This document shows positions 51,560 through 63,940 of a stretch of 64,000 nt of DNA, piece after piece. Within the stretch, counting starts at the first letter, position 1. Each line of letters opens with the position of its first letter. Both the position numbers and the translations under genes were made by a program. The notes under the pieces were generated by a model that searched no databases, was not told where the DNA came from, and worked only from the letters and a program-made list of their open reading frames with translations. The stretch is from positions 70,308,001 to 70,372,000 of the forward strand of contig CM060732.1 in assembly GCA_030704615.1 (NCBI GenBank). The letters run 5' to 3'. This DNA comes from Takakia lepidozioides. Lineage: Eukaryota > Plantae > Bryophyta.

Positions 51560-54200
51560 TGGAAGCGGCAGCTGTAGCGGCACAGTTGATAAAATCAGGC
51601 ACCTCAACCATGACCACAGCTTCTGGAAGAAGATCAAGAGGTCCACAATGCCTCTTCTGGCACTTATCCTAAGTGCATCAAGATGAAAGGCCTAGAAGTT
51701 GGAAAGCAAGTGCACACTCACATTGTCCAAAGTGGATTCACGCCGAACATTTTTCTACTAACAACCTTGTCAACATGTATGCTAGGGGAGCATCTTGGAT
51801 GATCACCAAGTGTTCAACACAGAATGCCTCAACGATCTTTGATCACATGGAATATAATGTTGGCAAGATTACCAAGCATGGGCGTGGTACGAATGCTTTG
51901 GAGACCTGTGAGCAAATGATGCGCGAAGGGGTGAAGCCCAACCACATCGCGTTTGTATGTGTTTGCAATGTGTGTGCAAGCCTGGAAAATGGGAACGAGG
52001 TCCATGGTGACATCGGTCAAAGCTGGAATTGCACCAGATGTCATTCTGAACACTACCCTGACCTGGACATGTATGCCAAATGTGGATGCATTGAGGATGC
52101 AAAGGGAGTTTTCGACTCTATGGCTGAACGAGATGTGGTGTTGTGGAGTGCGATGCTTGCAGGGTATGCACAACAGGGACATGCAATGGAGGTTTTGGAG
52201 ACCTATGATCAAATGATGGGGGAGGGGGTGAAGCCCGGCCACTTTGTGTGCATTTGCAATGCTTGTGCAAGCCTAGTAGCCCTAGACAAGGGCAAAGAGG
52301 TGCATGGGGATATCATCAAAGCTAGAATTGTACCAAATGTCATTCTGAACACTGCCCTGGCAGCTCTGGAAAAGGGGAAAGAGGTCCTTGGCGACATCTT
52401 CAGAGCTGGAATTGTACCAAATGTCATTCTAAACCATACCCTGGTGGACATGTATGCGAAATGTGGGTGCATCGAGCCTGGACAAGGGCAAAGAGGTGCA
52501 TGGGGTATCATCAAAGCTGGAATTGTACCAAATGTCATTCTGAACCATATCCTGGTGGACATGTATGCAAAATGTGGGTGCATTGAACCCTAGACAAGGG
52601 CAAAGAGGTGCATGGGGTATCATCAAAGCTGGAATTGTACCAAATGTCATTATGAACACTGCCCTGGCAGCTCTGGAAAAGGGGAAAGAGGTCCATGGCG
52701 ACATCTTCAGAGCTGGAATTGTACCAAATGTCATTTTGAACCATATCCTGGTGGACATGTATGCAAAATGTGGGTGCATTGAACCCTAGACAAGGGCAAA
52801 GAGGTGCATGGGGTATCATCAAAGCTGGAATTGTACCCAATGTCATTATGAACACTGCCCTGGTAGCTCTGGAAAAGGGGAAAGAGGTCCATGGCGACAT
52901 CTTCAGAGCTGGAATTGTACCAGATGTCATTCTGAACCATACCCTGGTGGACATGTATGCAAAATGTGGGTGCATCTAGGATGCAAAGGGAGTGTTCTAT
53001 GGCTGAACGAGATGTGGTGTCGTGGAGTGCGATGCTTGCAGGGTATGCACGGCAGGGACGTGGGATGGAGGCTTTGGAGAGCTATGAGCAAAGGATGGGG
53101 GAAGCACATCATGTTTGTGTGCATTTGCAATGCTTGTGCAAGCCTGGCAGCCCTGGAGAAGGGCAGTGCATGGGGACATCAAAGCTGGAATTGTGCCAAA
53201 CACTGCCCTGGCAGCTTTGGAAAAGAGGAAAGAGGTCCATGGTGACATCTTCAGAGCTGGAATTGTACCAGATGTCATTCTGAACAATACCCTGGTGAAC
53301 ATGTTTGCAAAATGTGGGTGCATCTAGGATGCAAAGGGAGTGTTCAAAACTATGGTTGAACGAGATGTGGTGTAGATGTAGATGGTGAACTAAAGGCAAC
53401 AGCTGCAGCGGCACAGTTGATAAAATCAGGCACGTCCTCAACCATGACCGCAGCTTCTGAAAGAGGATCAAGAGAGGGAGTCCACAATGCCTTTTCTACG
53501 GGGCATGTGAAGATGCTTTGTGAGGCAGGCAGACTGACAAAGGCTCTAGGTCTGGAAGCTGGAATCAGGTGCACACTCACATTATCCAAAGTGGATTCAT
53601 GCCAAATGTTTTTTCTACTCAACACCCTTGTCAACATGTATGTTAAGTGTGGGAGCATCATGGATGCTCGCCAAGATTTCTACAGAATGCCTCAGCGATC
53701 TTTGATCATGTGGAATATAATGTTGGCAGGATTTACCAAGCATGGGTGTGGTAGGAATGCTTTGGCGACCTATGAGCAAATGCTACGCAAAGGGGTGAAG
53801 CCCAACCACATCATACTTGCGCATGTTGCAATGCGTGTGCAAGCCTGGGATCTCTGGAAAAGGGGAAAGAGGTCCATGGTGACATCGTCAAAGCTGGAAT
53901 TGTACCAGATGTCATCTTGAACACTCCCCTGGTGGACGTCTATGCCAAATGTGGGTGCATTAAGGATGCGAAGGGAGTTCTCAACACTATGGCTGAACCA
54001 AATGTGGTGCCATAGAACGCGATGTTTGCAGGGTATGCACAGCAGGGACATGGTATAGAGGCTTTGGAGACCTATGATCAAATGATGAGGGAAGGGGGGG
54101 GCACCTTCTTCAATAGCACAACAGCTACAAGTGGGTAGATGGTCAACTAGAAACAGCAATGGCAGCAGCACAATTGATAGAACAATGCCCACTGCTAATG
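51560..54200 (+). pseudogene. PLS-class PPR pseudogene cluster with internal tandem duplications
   Basis: Repeated LVDMYAKCGCIEDA, RDVVxWSAMLAGYA and GVKPNH motifs; 196-bp units (52551/52747/52943); larger duplicate blocks starting ~51569 and ~53399; stops and frameshifts. Confidence 0.88.
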
Positions 54201-55031
54201 AAGGTACCTTCTTCAACATCATGAAATGGGAATCAAAGTTGAAAGATGCATGGGCATTACCAGGGTGAGGAAAGAGCAGAGGTGGTCCCATGCATGAGAT
54301 TTGACCCCTGTGAATGTGGACTTCCTGGACTCCATCATACGCAGGAAGCTGACGTTTGCCGTTTTCCGCTGGAACTGCGGACCCACTACTCTGGAGACAC
54401 AAAGTCGGGCTTCGTAAGGTCGTTTCCCTGCCCTGTGGTTAGTCCTTTCATCAGCTGTCATGGAAATCTGCTGGATCTCTGTACACACAATGCGATGATC
54501 TGCCTGTGGGCAATCAAGAACTGCCCCACCAGTCCCTGCAGGCCCTGACCCAGAATCAACGGCAGCCGTAGCACCGGCAGACCCACCTGCCTCCGCAGTC
54601 TGTTTCCCTTTGTTTTTCTTCTTCCCACCCGCGGGGGTGGACGTCTTTGCTAGCTCCTTCTTACTCAGCTGCGCAAGGAACCTAGCCTGCAACTCCTCAT
54701 CTGTCAGGGGTGCCAAGGCATTTGCATTCTCATTCTGATTTCTCAAGACGTTCTCCTCCCACGGAGTGGACTGCCGAGGGCAGTCGAGGTACCACCCGTA
54801 GTCGTTGTAATGTGCCCGACCCCAATCCTTCACAATTCCCGCAGTGAACATAGTGGTGTCGTCGTCTGGGTTCGCCCATCCACGAATAAAGTCCAGATCA
54901 TCATTGAGAGCCTTATCTGGAATAAGAACAAAGTGAAAGTACCTGCATCCACACCAGTGTTCCTACTCAGAGCATATATCCCCACAGACCACAAGAACTC
55001 ACCTGTTCACTGCATATTTGCAGACTACACC

Positions 55032-55489
55032 TTAAGATGTCGTTGACGACATCTTAAAATCCAGGAACTTGAAGAGAATTTGAAGAGATACAGAACAACA
55101 GAAAACAGACATGCTCAACTGAACTATTTCCGAGAGCCCAAAGAACAGCCATTTAAGATGTCGTCAACGCCATCTTAAATCAACCCCTACGCACATGGTA
55201 TTTTTTCGTTGTCTGACGAAAAATGACTTGCTAGACTACAAAAGAATGCCTGTTACGACATCTTAAATTGCAGGAAGCACAACAAAACAATGACGACCTG
55301 CAGATGAACAAGAAACAGATGTGTGCAACTGTACAGTTTTGAAGAGCCCAAAGAGCAACGATTTAAGGTGTCGTCAACACCACCTTAAATCGACCCAGTT
55401 CATACATCAAATTCTTTGTGTAGTACCGAAAAATTGCTATTTGCACTACAGACAATGCCTGTTTTAAGATGTCGTCAACGATATCTTAA
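55032..55489. repeat. Palindrome array A (4 copies plus a half site of TTAAGATGTCGT-NN-ACGACATCTTAA), intronic
   Basis: Copies at 55032, 55153, 55363 and 55464; half site 55255-55266; inside predicted intron 54917-55518. Confidence 0.92.
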
Positions 55490-57292
55490 TGTAGTGCCAT
55501 CAACATAAAAGGCGGTACCTGTACAGAACTTGTTTCATTGCCTGCTCCCTGTTATACTGATGGTCAAAGTCCTGCGAGCGCAGTATTCCCCCTTCCTTCT
55601 CGAACTCACGGAAAAATGCATACTTCCACAGCTCTCTTCTCCATTTCCGAACGTATGACTGGAACTTGATGCTCGGAGTGGTCATTGTGATCTTGTAGTC
55701 CAACAGTGATTTCTCAAAAGTATCTATAGCCCACTTCTCCAGCTGCACAACCATCCGCCACATTTTGAGTTAATCAACATAAGAAACCATGTACTCATTG
55801 CTGGAACAGTCGCAATGTTTTTATAGTCTCACCTGGCTCCAGAAGGTCGCTTTGTGCAACCAAGTGTCGAATGTGCGGTCGCTGACAGGTGTCACCACCC
55901 CAGTCTCAGGGTCCTTCATTGGTTTTGGGAAATTGTTTGTATCTCGGATGATCGGATCCGAGTTCCAGATTTCCAGCCACCTCACTTTCTGAGCAGGGTC
56001 AAACATGGAAATTGAAAGGCGGTGGAGCTTTTCCTGTGTCATCTCTGGCTTAGTGGGCTTGTTCCAATGGATGCGAACCTGCTCCAGAAACCCCTTTCCC
56101 AATCCGGGGTCAGCGATTCGAATGTGTTTGTCGAACGCGCTCTTGAGGTTCTTCCTGCACGTATCCATGTTCGCCTTCATTTTTGCCTCCACCCCGTTTG
56201 CCGTTCTCTCATCCTCATCTGTAGTGGCGTAATACTCCAGCTTGGCTCGTTCTCCCGCTTCTGCTATTTTTTGCTGTGACACACCCATGTAACCCTCGTG
56301 TCAACAAAACCAAAGCAAAAACATGGCATATCCATAATTCAAGAAGAATGGCAGTCCGCACATAAACTCACCACGTACAAGTAGTCGAGAAACACCTCCC
56401 TTGTCAGGTTGTACCAAGTCTCATTCTTCTTGATTGTTTGGCACTTTTTCAGTGTGTCCGGGGACAAGACACTCGCAAATGTTTCCAACGGCATCACTCC
56501 TCTGCTTTGCATACAAAACAAGAAATGGACTATGTTGGTGGTGACATGGGATGTCTCCGTCCCCCTGCAAATGCGAACAGGTCAGTTGACAAAGTTTAAA
56601 GATTGACAGAACAATGAAATTGGAGACAAGAAGTGGGCAAGACTCTTACTTGTTGATATCGTGCATTGCAGTTAGAAGCTGCGTGAACTTCCCCTCCGGA
56701 TCGAGGACCATTGTCTAAACCCGATAGTGCCACTCTTTGTTCTCCGCATACATCTTGCTGATGTACTCCATCCAGGGCACCAAACGGTGGTTGCCATCCC
56801 AGACAAAGAACATTTTGTTCATGTACTGGATGTGTGTTGGGTTCTGTGAAAGCTCAATCTCAAACTCCGTATTCACTTCTTTCCAAGCGGGTCCCAATTG
56901 TCCATTACATCGAGGTCAACCAATTTCTCAGATCCCTGGAGATCAGTCAGTGACACGTAAAACACAGCCGAACCCTTCAAGTACCCATGGATAAAATCCC
57001 CCTGTAGCTTCTTGATGTCGTGGTGAAGGGCAGGGCGAACTGCTGGCATAGAAATCATCCGGCACAGAGGAATGAAAAGAGTGCCGTCTTTCACTTCCAT
57101 GGAGTTGATGACTTTCCTCGAGTTTACCTTGGTGGTGTACATAAGAGAGTGCACCTTGGCTTCATAGTTGGCGTCCACAACAACGTCCCTGTCTTCAAGA
57201 ACAACCGTTTCCTCTGTAGGCTGGCTTCCCCCGGCTTTCTTTCTCTTTTTCTGCAAAATGTAATGTGTTATGACACACAAATCATGGCACGA

Positions 57293-58485
57293 TTAAGATG
57301 TCGTCAACGACATCTTAATTTGTTGTTATTCCAGGGTGATTTCCCAATGTTTGAGGGTCAATGCAGTTGTAGATTAAGGTGTCGTTGACGACATCTCAAT
57401 CTGTTGTATTTCTAGAGTGTTTCAGATTGCTTCAGTGTTTCAGAGTGATTTTCTCATGTTTTGGGTTCAATTCATTGGAGATGAAGATGTCGTCAACGAC
57501 ATCTTAATCTGCTACAGTTGTAGGGTGATTTTCTCATGTTTTGAACTGAATGCAGGAGCAGATTAAGATGTCGTCAACGCCACCTTAATCTGATGTAGTT
57601 GTAGGGTGTTTTTTGGATGTTTTATGTTGAATTCATTGGCATATTAAGATGTCGTCAACGACAGCTTAATCGGCTGTTTTTCAATGGTGATTTCCCCATG
57701 TTTGAGGTTCAATGCAGTGGCAGATTAAGGTCTCGTTGACGACGTCTTAATCTGCTATAGTTCTAGTGTGCTCCAGATTGATTTTTTGATGTTTTCGGTT
57801 CACATCATTGGAGATTAAGATGTCGTCAACGACATCTTAATGTGCTACAGTTGTAGGATGTTTTTATCATATGTTGGACTGAATGTAGAAGCAGATTAAG
57901 ATGTTGTCAGCGCCACCTTAATCTGTTGTAGTTGTAGGGTGAGTTTTGGATGTTTGAAGTTCAATTCATTGGCAGATTAAGATGTCGTCAACAACAGCTT
58001 AATCGGCTGTTTTCCTAGAGTGATTTCCCCATATTTGAGGTTGACTGCAGTGGCAGATTAAGCTGTCGTTGACGACAGCTTAATCTGCTGTAGTTGTAGA
58101 CTGTTTCTCCCATGTTTGTTTTGATTGCAGAGGCAGATTAAGGTGTCGTCAACGACACCTTAATCTGTTGTAGTACTAGACTGTTTTGTCCATGTTTTGG
58201 GTTCAATTCATTGGTAGATTAAGACGTCGTCAACGACACCTTAATCTGCTATAGTTCTAGGGTGTTTTGCCCATATTTGGGTTCAATGGGGAGGCAGATT
58301 AAGATGTCGTCAACGACATCTTAATCTGCTGTTTTTCAAGGTGATTTCCCCATTTTCGAAGTTGAATGCAGTGGCAGATTAAGCTGTTGTCAACGACAGC
58401 TTAATCTGTTGTAGTTCTTGGGTGTTTTCTCCATGTTTTTGGTAGAACGTAGTGGCAGATTAAGATGTCGTCAACGACACCTTAG
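57293..58485. repeat. Palindrome array B: 15 copies of the 26-bp palindrome at ~81-bp period, intronic
   Basis: Starts at 57293, 57374, 57482, 57563, 57644, 57725, 57815, 57896, 57977, 58058, 58138, 58219, 58299, 58379 and 58460; degenerate copy at ~58539; inside predicted intron 57251-58613. Confidence 0.97.
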
Positions 58486-59704
58486 TCTTTCTTCATTTTA
58501 ACCTTCCTAAGTAAACCTTTACCCGCAAAGGTAACCTTTTAGGTAGCGTTATCGACACCTCAATCTAACTTTTTTGTGTTGCAAAGACCATGGATTCGAA
58601 TGTATGAACTAACCTTCTCTGGCTTCGTTCCTCCGCTGGAAGACCCGCCCCCCACTGCACGCCTTCTGCCTTGCACCTGGCCCTTCTCCTTCACGGATTT
58701 CGGAGGCACTTGTGTGTTTTTCTCCTGCTCCTCAGTGCCTGTGACCTGTCGTGGACACTATGGGCAACAGGTGTCGAGTTCTCTGCGAGACAGCCCGCAA
58801 GCATCCCACCGAAAAACGAAAACCCCAATTATGAGCCGTTACGTTTTTGGATGATTAGTCATTCCTTGATAGGGAGGGATGAAAACCTAACTGCCATCGA
58901 CTTTTGTCATTTGCCCGAGGGATGTCTTCGGAGGTTACATTCTGGCGTTCATCATTTCAGACTCGCCACACTGGAGCATCCCAAGAACGAGAGCGTTTCC
59001 AGAAAGAAGAGAGCGAGAAGGCAGTCTATGTACTTCACGTCTGCTAGGCAGAGGTTGAGAGCAAGAGAGAGGATGAAGAAAGCTAGGAAGGCTTTGAATT
59101 TGTCAGAGGGAGGGAGCGATCGTGAGGGGGAGGGTTTCGTGGGCGAAGGGATGGAGAGTCTGGCAGGGAAGGAGCCCATTTTGGAAAAGCAGCTCGAGGA
59201 TCTGTTGGAGCTGCCTCTATTGCAACCGATATAGGAGGAGGAAGTTTAAAGGGAGAGCAGTGCTCCTGCGGAGGAGGAGGCAACGCAGCAAAGTCCACAG
59301 AGGGGCCTGCCAACAAGGGGGCGGCCCTCCTCCATGCAGCTGTCTTTGCGCCCGTTGAAGAAGAAGGCTCAAGCGGAAAGCAGCGTCGGGCTGGGAGAGG
59401 AGGACACTTCCAGCGGTGGATAGAGTTTGATCCAGGTGAGTTCAGTAGCACATTGGCTTTACATGACCTTGTTCCCTGACTCGAAGCGATAAGAAGAGCA
59501 ATTGACACTTAAATATAGGCATGTCACGTATCCATGTTAGACATAAGGGGTTCGACCCACACCGCAATCACTGAGGATGTGGCATCTGCAAAGTCGGCCG
59601 CAATTCTTGCCTGTCAGAATCATGTGTCCGGCGGTCTGTGATCTGATATTCATGGGATAAAATTCACCAGTATCTGTCAGAGTCAAAGCCGGCTACTAAA
59701 CAGC

Positions 59705-62700
59705 ATGCAAAGAAATAATTTGCCTCAACACCTTCACTCGGTGGATCCACTGAGACATTGTCAGGAAGTGGTTCCACGAATTCGCCTGCTCTCCACTGCC
59801 CACACTCCCGTGCTCGTTCCTACAATGTCTCTCAACTCCGACGTCGCTGTTTTCCACTCCAACGCGCAAGCGGAGTACCTGAGTGTAGTAGCCGACGTGA
59901 ATGGGCTCGCCGTAGTTCAAGAAGACTTGCTTTGTGTGACCTTCCGCTTTGAGGCAGGGACTATACATGTAGTGAGAGAGGTGTATGACAAAGTTGGTAA
60001 GGTCGAGGGCACATGCATTCAGAAACCACATTTGTCTGGCAGTCGGCGAGAGTGGAGAGTTCCACCAGCAAAGTATCGCGTTCATGGGGATCAAAGACGT
60101 CTGTCGGGAGGTTCCATAGTCACGCCCGGAACAGCAGCTTCGGTGGCTCAGGTGCCCAAAACTCTGCCCATCAAAAGAGAAGAGACAACCTCCACCACAT
60201 TTGTTGATATCTCCGATAGCTCAGAAGAGGACGTGTCGGAGCTCCCACCTCCTCCGAATCAACGTCTGCTGGGGGACCCTGATGTGCAAGAAGTTGCAAT
60301 TGTCATACCGAAGTTGCAGTCCTTGAGGGGGTTGCCAGGATGCAAGAGTGATGTGAGAGGCATTGACTGGGATACACAGCGAATCGTTAGAGCAAAATAT
60401 CTACCCAATGAATTTAATGGTGATATCATTTTTGAGCTGCCACCAGTGACATCCTCTGGGGGATTGGCAGGACGAATGGCGGGCATGGACAAGAAGCACG
60501 ATGGACATCCATGGTGCCGGACGAAAACTTCCAATATATGCAACCCGCATGGCTTGAAGTTCCGTAGATCGATTTGCGTTGGACACCTTCGTTGTCCAAA
60601 TGCATCTTGCCAGCACTTCCAAATGGGCGGTTTGGCAAATGAGACGGAATGGGAAGGTGTCAACGACAACCCTTTCAAAGTAGGTTGTGCTCCTGCAAGC
60701 AGTACTACTCTTGTTTGCAAGTTCTGTAAATTGGTCCCACAGTGCATCGCAGATTGCAATGCACGTATGTACTGCGTGCTTCACAATTGCAGTTACCTCA
60801 CAAGGGCATGTATTTATATCGGCATTCATGCACATCCGGTGTCCCGAGGACAGTGCAGAGAGACAATTGATACAGTCCGTTCACTGCTTCAACACGAAAT
60901 TCATAGTGCTCCTGGTGCATCGCCATCAGCCATTGCTCTGGCAGCAAGCAAAGGATTCCTACAAAAGTATTTGTTTGGGGAATCGCCGGAGTCCACCACT
61001 AAATTTTACACTGACTCCCTTGACGATGTTCTGGACCATTTCTCAACATTGAGTTCTCCGAATGTGCGAAATCAAATCAACGTCCTAAGGGGGGGTGCTG
61101 CCAACACAGGCTTTATGGATAGCATCCTGGAGTTAAAGCGTATAAGCCGATATGACTTCATTCAGGACAGTGTTTTCTCGGGGCAAGGTGCCAGGAAAGT
61201 GTACTTATTCAAGATGTCCACAATTGGTGAGGGATTGGGAGTTAGTCTGGTGCGAAGAATGCAGCCTGGTGGTGATCTTCAGAAATCATGCGTTATGTTT
61301 GATCACGTGAAACGTGTGAAGGAATGGACGACCATGGCCTGTCATGTATACGATCCTACATACCAGAGAGTGATGACTGTTGTTGTTTGTGACATGTAGT
61401 CGGAGGACACAAAGTCACAAATTCTTATGTGGAAGTCCCTTGTTAACGTCGTGATAGCTCATGGTGTCCCAGATCCAAACTTCACTGGGTTCATGGCTGA
61501 CAGCGCTCAAGCGAATTGGAATGTTGTCTGTACAGTTTTCGGTTCAAGCGACCCCAAAGTACCAATGGAAGGCCGGGAACGAACTTGCCTCTTTCATTGG
61601 AGCTAGTCCCTACAACGCCTCACAAAAGAGTTCCATAAAACTGGAGTTGCGGGAGGAGCATATGAGACTATGCCGTCTGTATAAAGATGCCACCTCCAAA
61701 CAGGCAGCCAACTCTATGTTCCAGACTATTCGAGCATGGTGGTACTCATCTGAGGCAGCCAGTCTGGATGGAATCAAAGAACTGGAAGACTGGTTGGGGT
61801 TCTGGCATTTCAGATATAGACAGTGGGGTGCCTTCATGACAACTGTAAGTTATTAGCGGATTAGCATGATTTTCCTTTATTCCTTCTCGTCGGGAGATAT
61901 ATCATGGAACATACAGGCCCTCCAATCCAGTTCTTATGTTGCTGTACGTAATCATGCTTGTGTTGAATTGCATGCAAAACATGTCACTGGAGGACATTGC
62001 CGATATGCCCTCCTGCAATCTAGCGGAGACTGTGCATAGTCAGTGGATGGCACAATCCGGCAAAAACGGGAGGAACCTCTACGTTGCGACTGCAGATGAC
62101 ATGGTCCGGGCTGTTTCGCAACAAACAAGGTACCGAGACTTCCTGAGGGGATGGGGAGCTGATAAAGGTCCAGACAGGGAAGAGTTGCTACTTAGGGCTG
62201 CAAATAGAGCGAAGCATCCCGCTAAAATGGCGCGTGCTGTGAATGAGTTCACAAATGGAACACCTTTGCAGTCCAGGCTCCCACATCTGGAAGGGGAGGA
62301 AGGATTCGGTTCATGCAAGCGCAAACATGACACCCCACCAGGATCCGCTGGTGACTCCCATCGGCATGACAGGGATAATTACTCAATCCCTTGTGTGCCT
62401 GTGCGGCCTCCGACATTCGAATCTGGCAGTCCCTCTGTCGGTGCCTGTTCTTCTGTTGTATATATATCCCTCTGCTCCAGTGCGGGGAGAGGGAGGGATG
62501 ATGCTGGCGGTGGAAGAGTCCGATTGTGTGGATGCAATATGGCACATTGAACAGACATCCCAAAGATCAAAAGTTGGGTGTTCTGCTGTTAAGGCATTGT
62601 CCTTTGTGAAGTGCACTAGCAAGATTTCTAGGGGCGGAGGCGGGACTCCTGCCCCGTCTTTCACTGGTTTATTCAAACATTACGGTGCGCGAGAGTCCAG

Positions 62701-63367
62701 GCCTCACAAGTTCTGGTTTTGCCCTGATGACATTCAGCGTTGTGTGATGGGGACTTGTCAGGATTCAGTCCTCAGCAAGACTCAAATTCCAGCCGTGTGG
62801 CCAGTGAAGTTGGGAACATGTCTGTCGAAGCAAGAAATTGAGATGCTGGAGGATGCCAAATTTCGTCTTCCAAGAGGCCCAGTAGTCATAACACCAGTTT
62901 CATGTCGGGGTTCGCAATCCGCATTCCCCCCACGTCCACCACATGGGAACGACTGGCCTACGAAACGAAATGGAAAATAGGTCCGTCATGTTGAGGCAGG
63001 TCCCGAAAACGATTGCAAAATTGAGTCAGCAAGAAACCTGCAGTGTCGGGTGACCCAAGTTGTCAATGTCCCCCCTCCAGGCTATGGGCAGGTGTACAGT
63101 TTGGTGACATCGGGTTCTGTTGTTCACGACAGGACTTATGAGGTAACTGTTGGCAATTTTCCAAATTGCACATGCCCGGACTTCCAGAACACTTTATCAA
63201 GCTCTATTGGAAAGAAACCCAAATTTGTCCCGTGCAAACACCTATACTACATCTACATTCACATGATGTTTTGTGATCCTCACCGAGACACGTGCATTCA
63301 CCAGTGTACAATGGGTCCCACTGACATTCATACACTTCTGCAGCGTGATATGATTACTGAAATGTGA
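59705..63367 (+). pseudogene. Mutator/MULE-like transposase with Cys/His-rich N-terminal domain and C-terminal SWIM zinc finger
   Basis: VMFDHVKRV (D1), FTGFMADSAQANW (D2), RTCLFHW (CxxH), CNLAETVH (E), and SWIM YEVTVGNFPNCTCPDF...CKHLYY. In-frame TAG stops at 61397 and ~61604, plus frameshifts. Confidence 0.8.
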
Positions 63368-63499
63368 GGTGTTCAGAAGGAGCTGGATTCTTTGACAATG
63401 ACTCCACTTTGTTCAATGTAATGTTTTTAACATGTTCTATTTATGTTTTGGCTGAATCTGTTTTCGGTTTGTTTGTTTTGGGGTTAGTGGTTTTTCCAA

Positions 63500-63940
63500 T
63501 TAAGATGTCGTTGACGACACCTTAATCCACCCACCTGCACACGCACTGCCTTCGTACCTTTGTTGGATTCATATTTTTTGGGTTATTTGGGTTTTTGGAT
63601 GAATTGAAATGTCGCAAAGGTGATGGGAAATAAGATGTCGTTGACGACACCTTAATTCCTGCAACCTGCACATGCACCGCTGTGGAAGTTTTGTTCAGGT
63701 GGTCGGAATTAAGATGTCGTTGACGACATCTTAATCCCCCCGACCTGCACATGCACTGCCTTCAAAATTCTGTTGAGGTTGTTGGAATTAAGATGTCGTT
63801 GACGACACCTTAATCCCCCCTGCACACGCACCGCCTGCAAAGCTTTCCTGGGTTCATTTTTTCTGGTTTTTTGGGTTTTTCCATGAATTGTCATATCGCA
63901 ACATGTTGTGGGAATTAAGATGTCGTTGACGACACCTTAA
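63500..63940. repeat. Palindrome array C (at least 5 copies; may continue past the window edge)
   Basis: Copies at 63500, 63630, 63709, 63788 and 63915, all with a TG centre; the spacer family (CCTGCACAYGCACYGC) differs from array B. Confidence 0.95.

Larger units (their letters stand above)
54219..58750 (-). pseudogene. Element-2 multi-exon gene with ParB/Srx-like domain (DGNHR)
   Basis: Predicted exons ~58750-58614, 57250-56650, 56564-56372, ~56295-55833, ~55780-55519 and 54916-54219. Motifs IPLCRMISMPAVRPALHHDIKKL...FYVSL...FFVWDGNHRL (56784-56798)...LLTAMHDIN. A frameshift and a stop fall in the ParB-like exon. Confidence 0.65.

Noticed and set aside
57293-58485. CRISPR array (36-bp palindromic repeat with ~45-bp spacers)
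   Set aside because: Spacers are homologous to each other and form a higher-order repeat; no cas genes; eukaryotic intronic context.
58671-59508. Overlapping ORFs between the ParB-like gene and the transposase
   Set aside because: Low complexity on both strands with stops; a coding strand cannot be assigned.
55032-63940. Integron attC or loxP/dif-type recombination sites
   Set aside because: No tyrosine or serine recombinase seen, no gene cassettes between sites, and the 2-nt centre does not fit the 6-8-bp spacer of tyrosine-recombinase sites.
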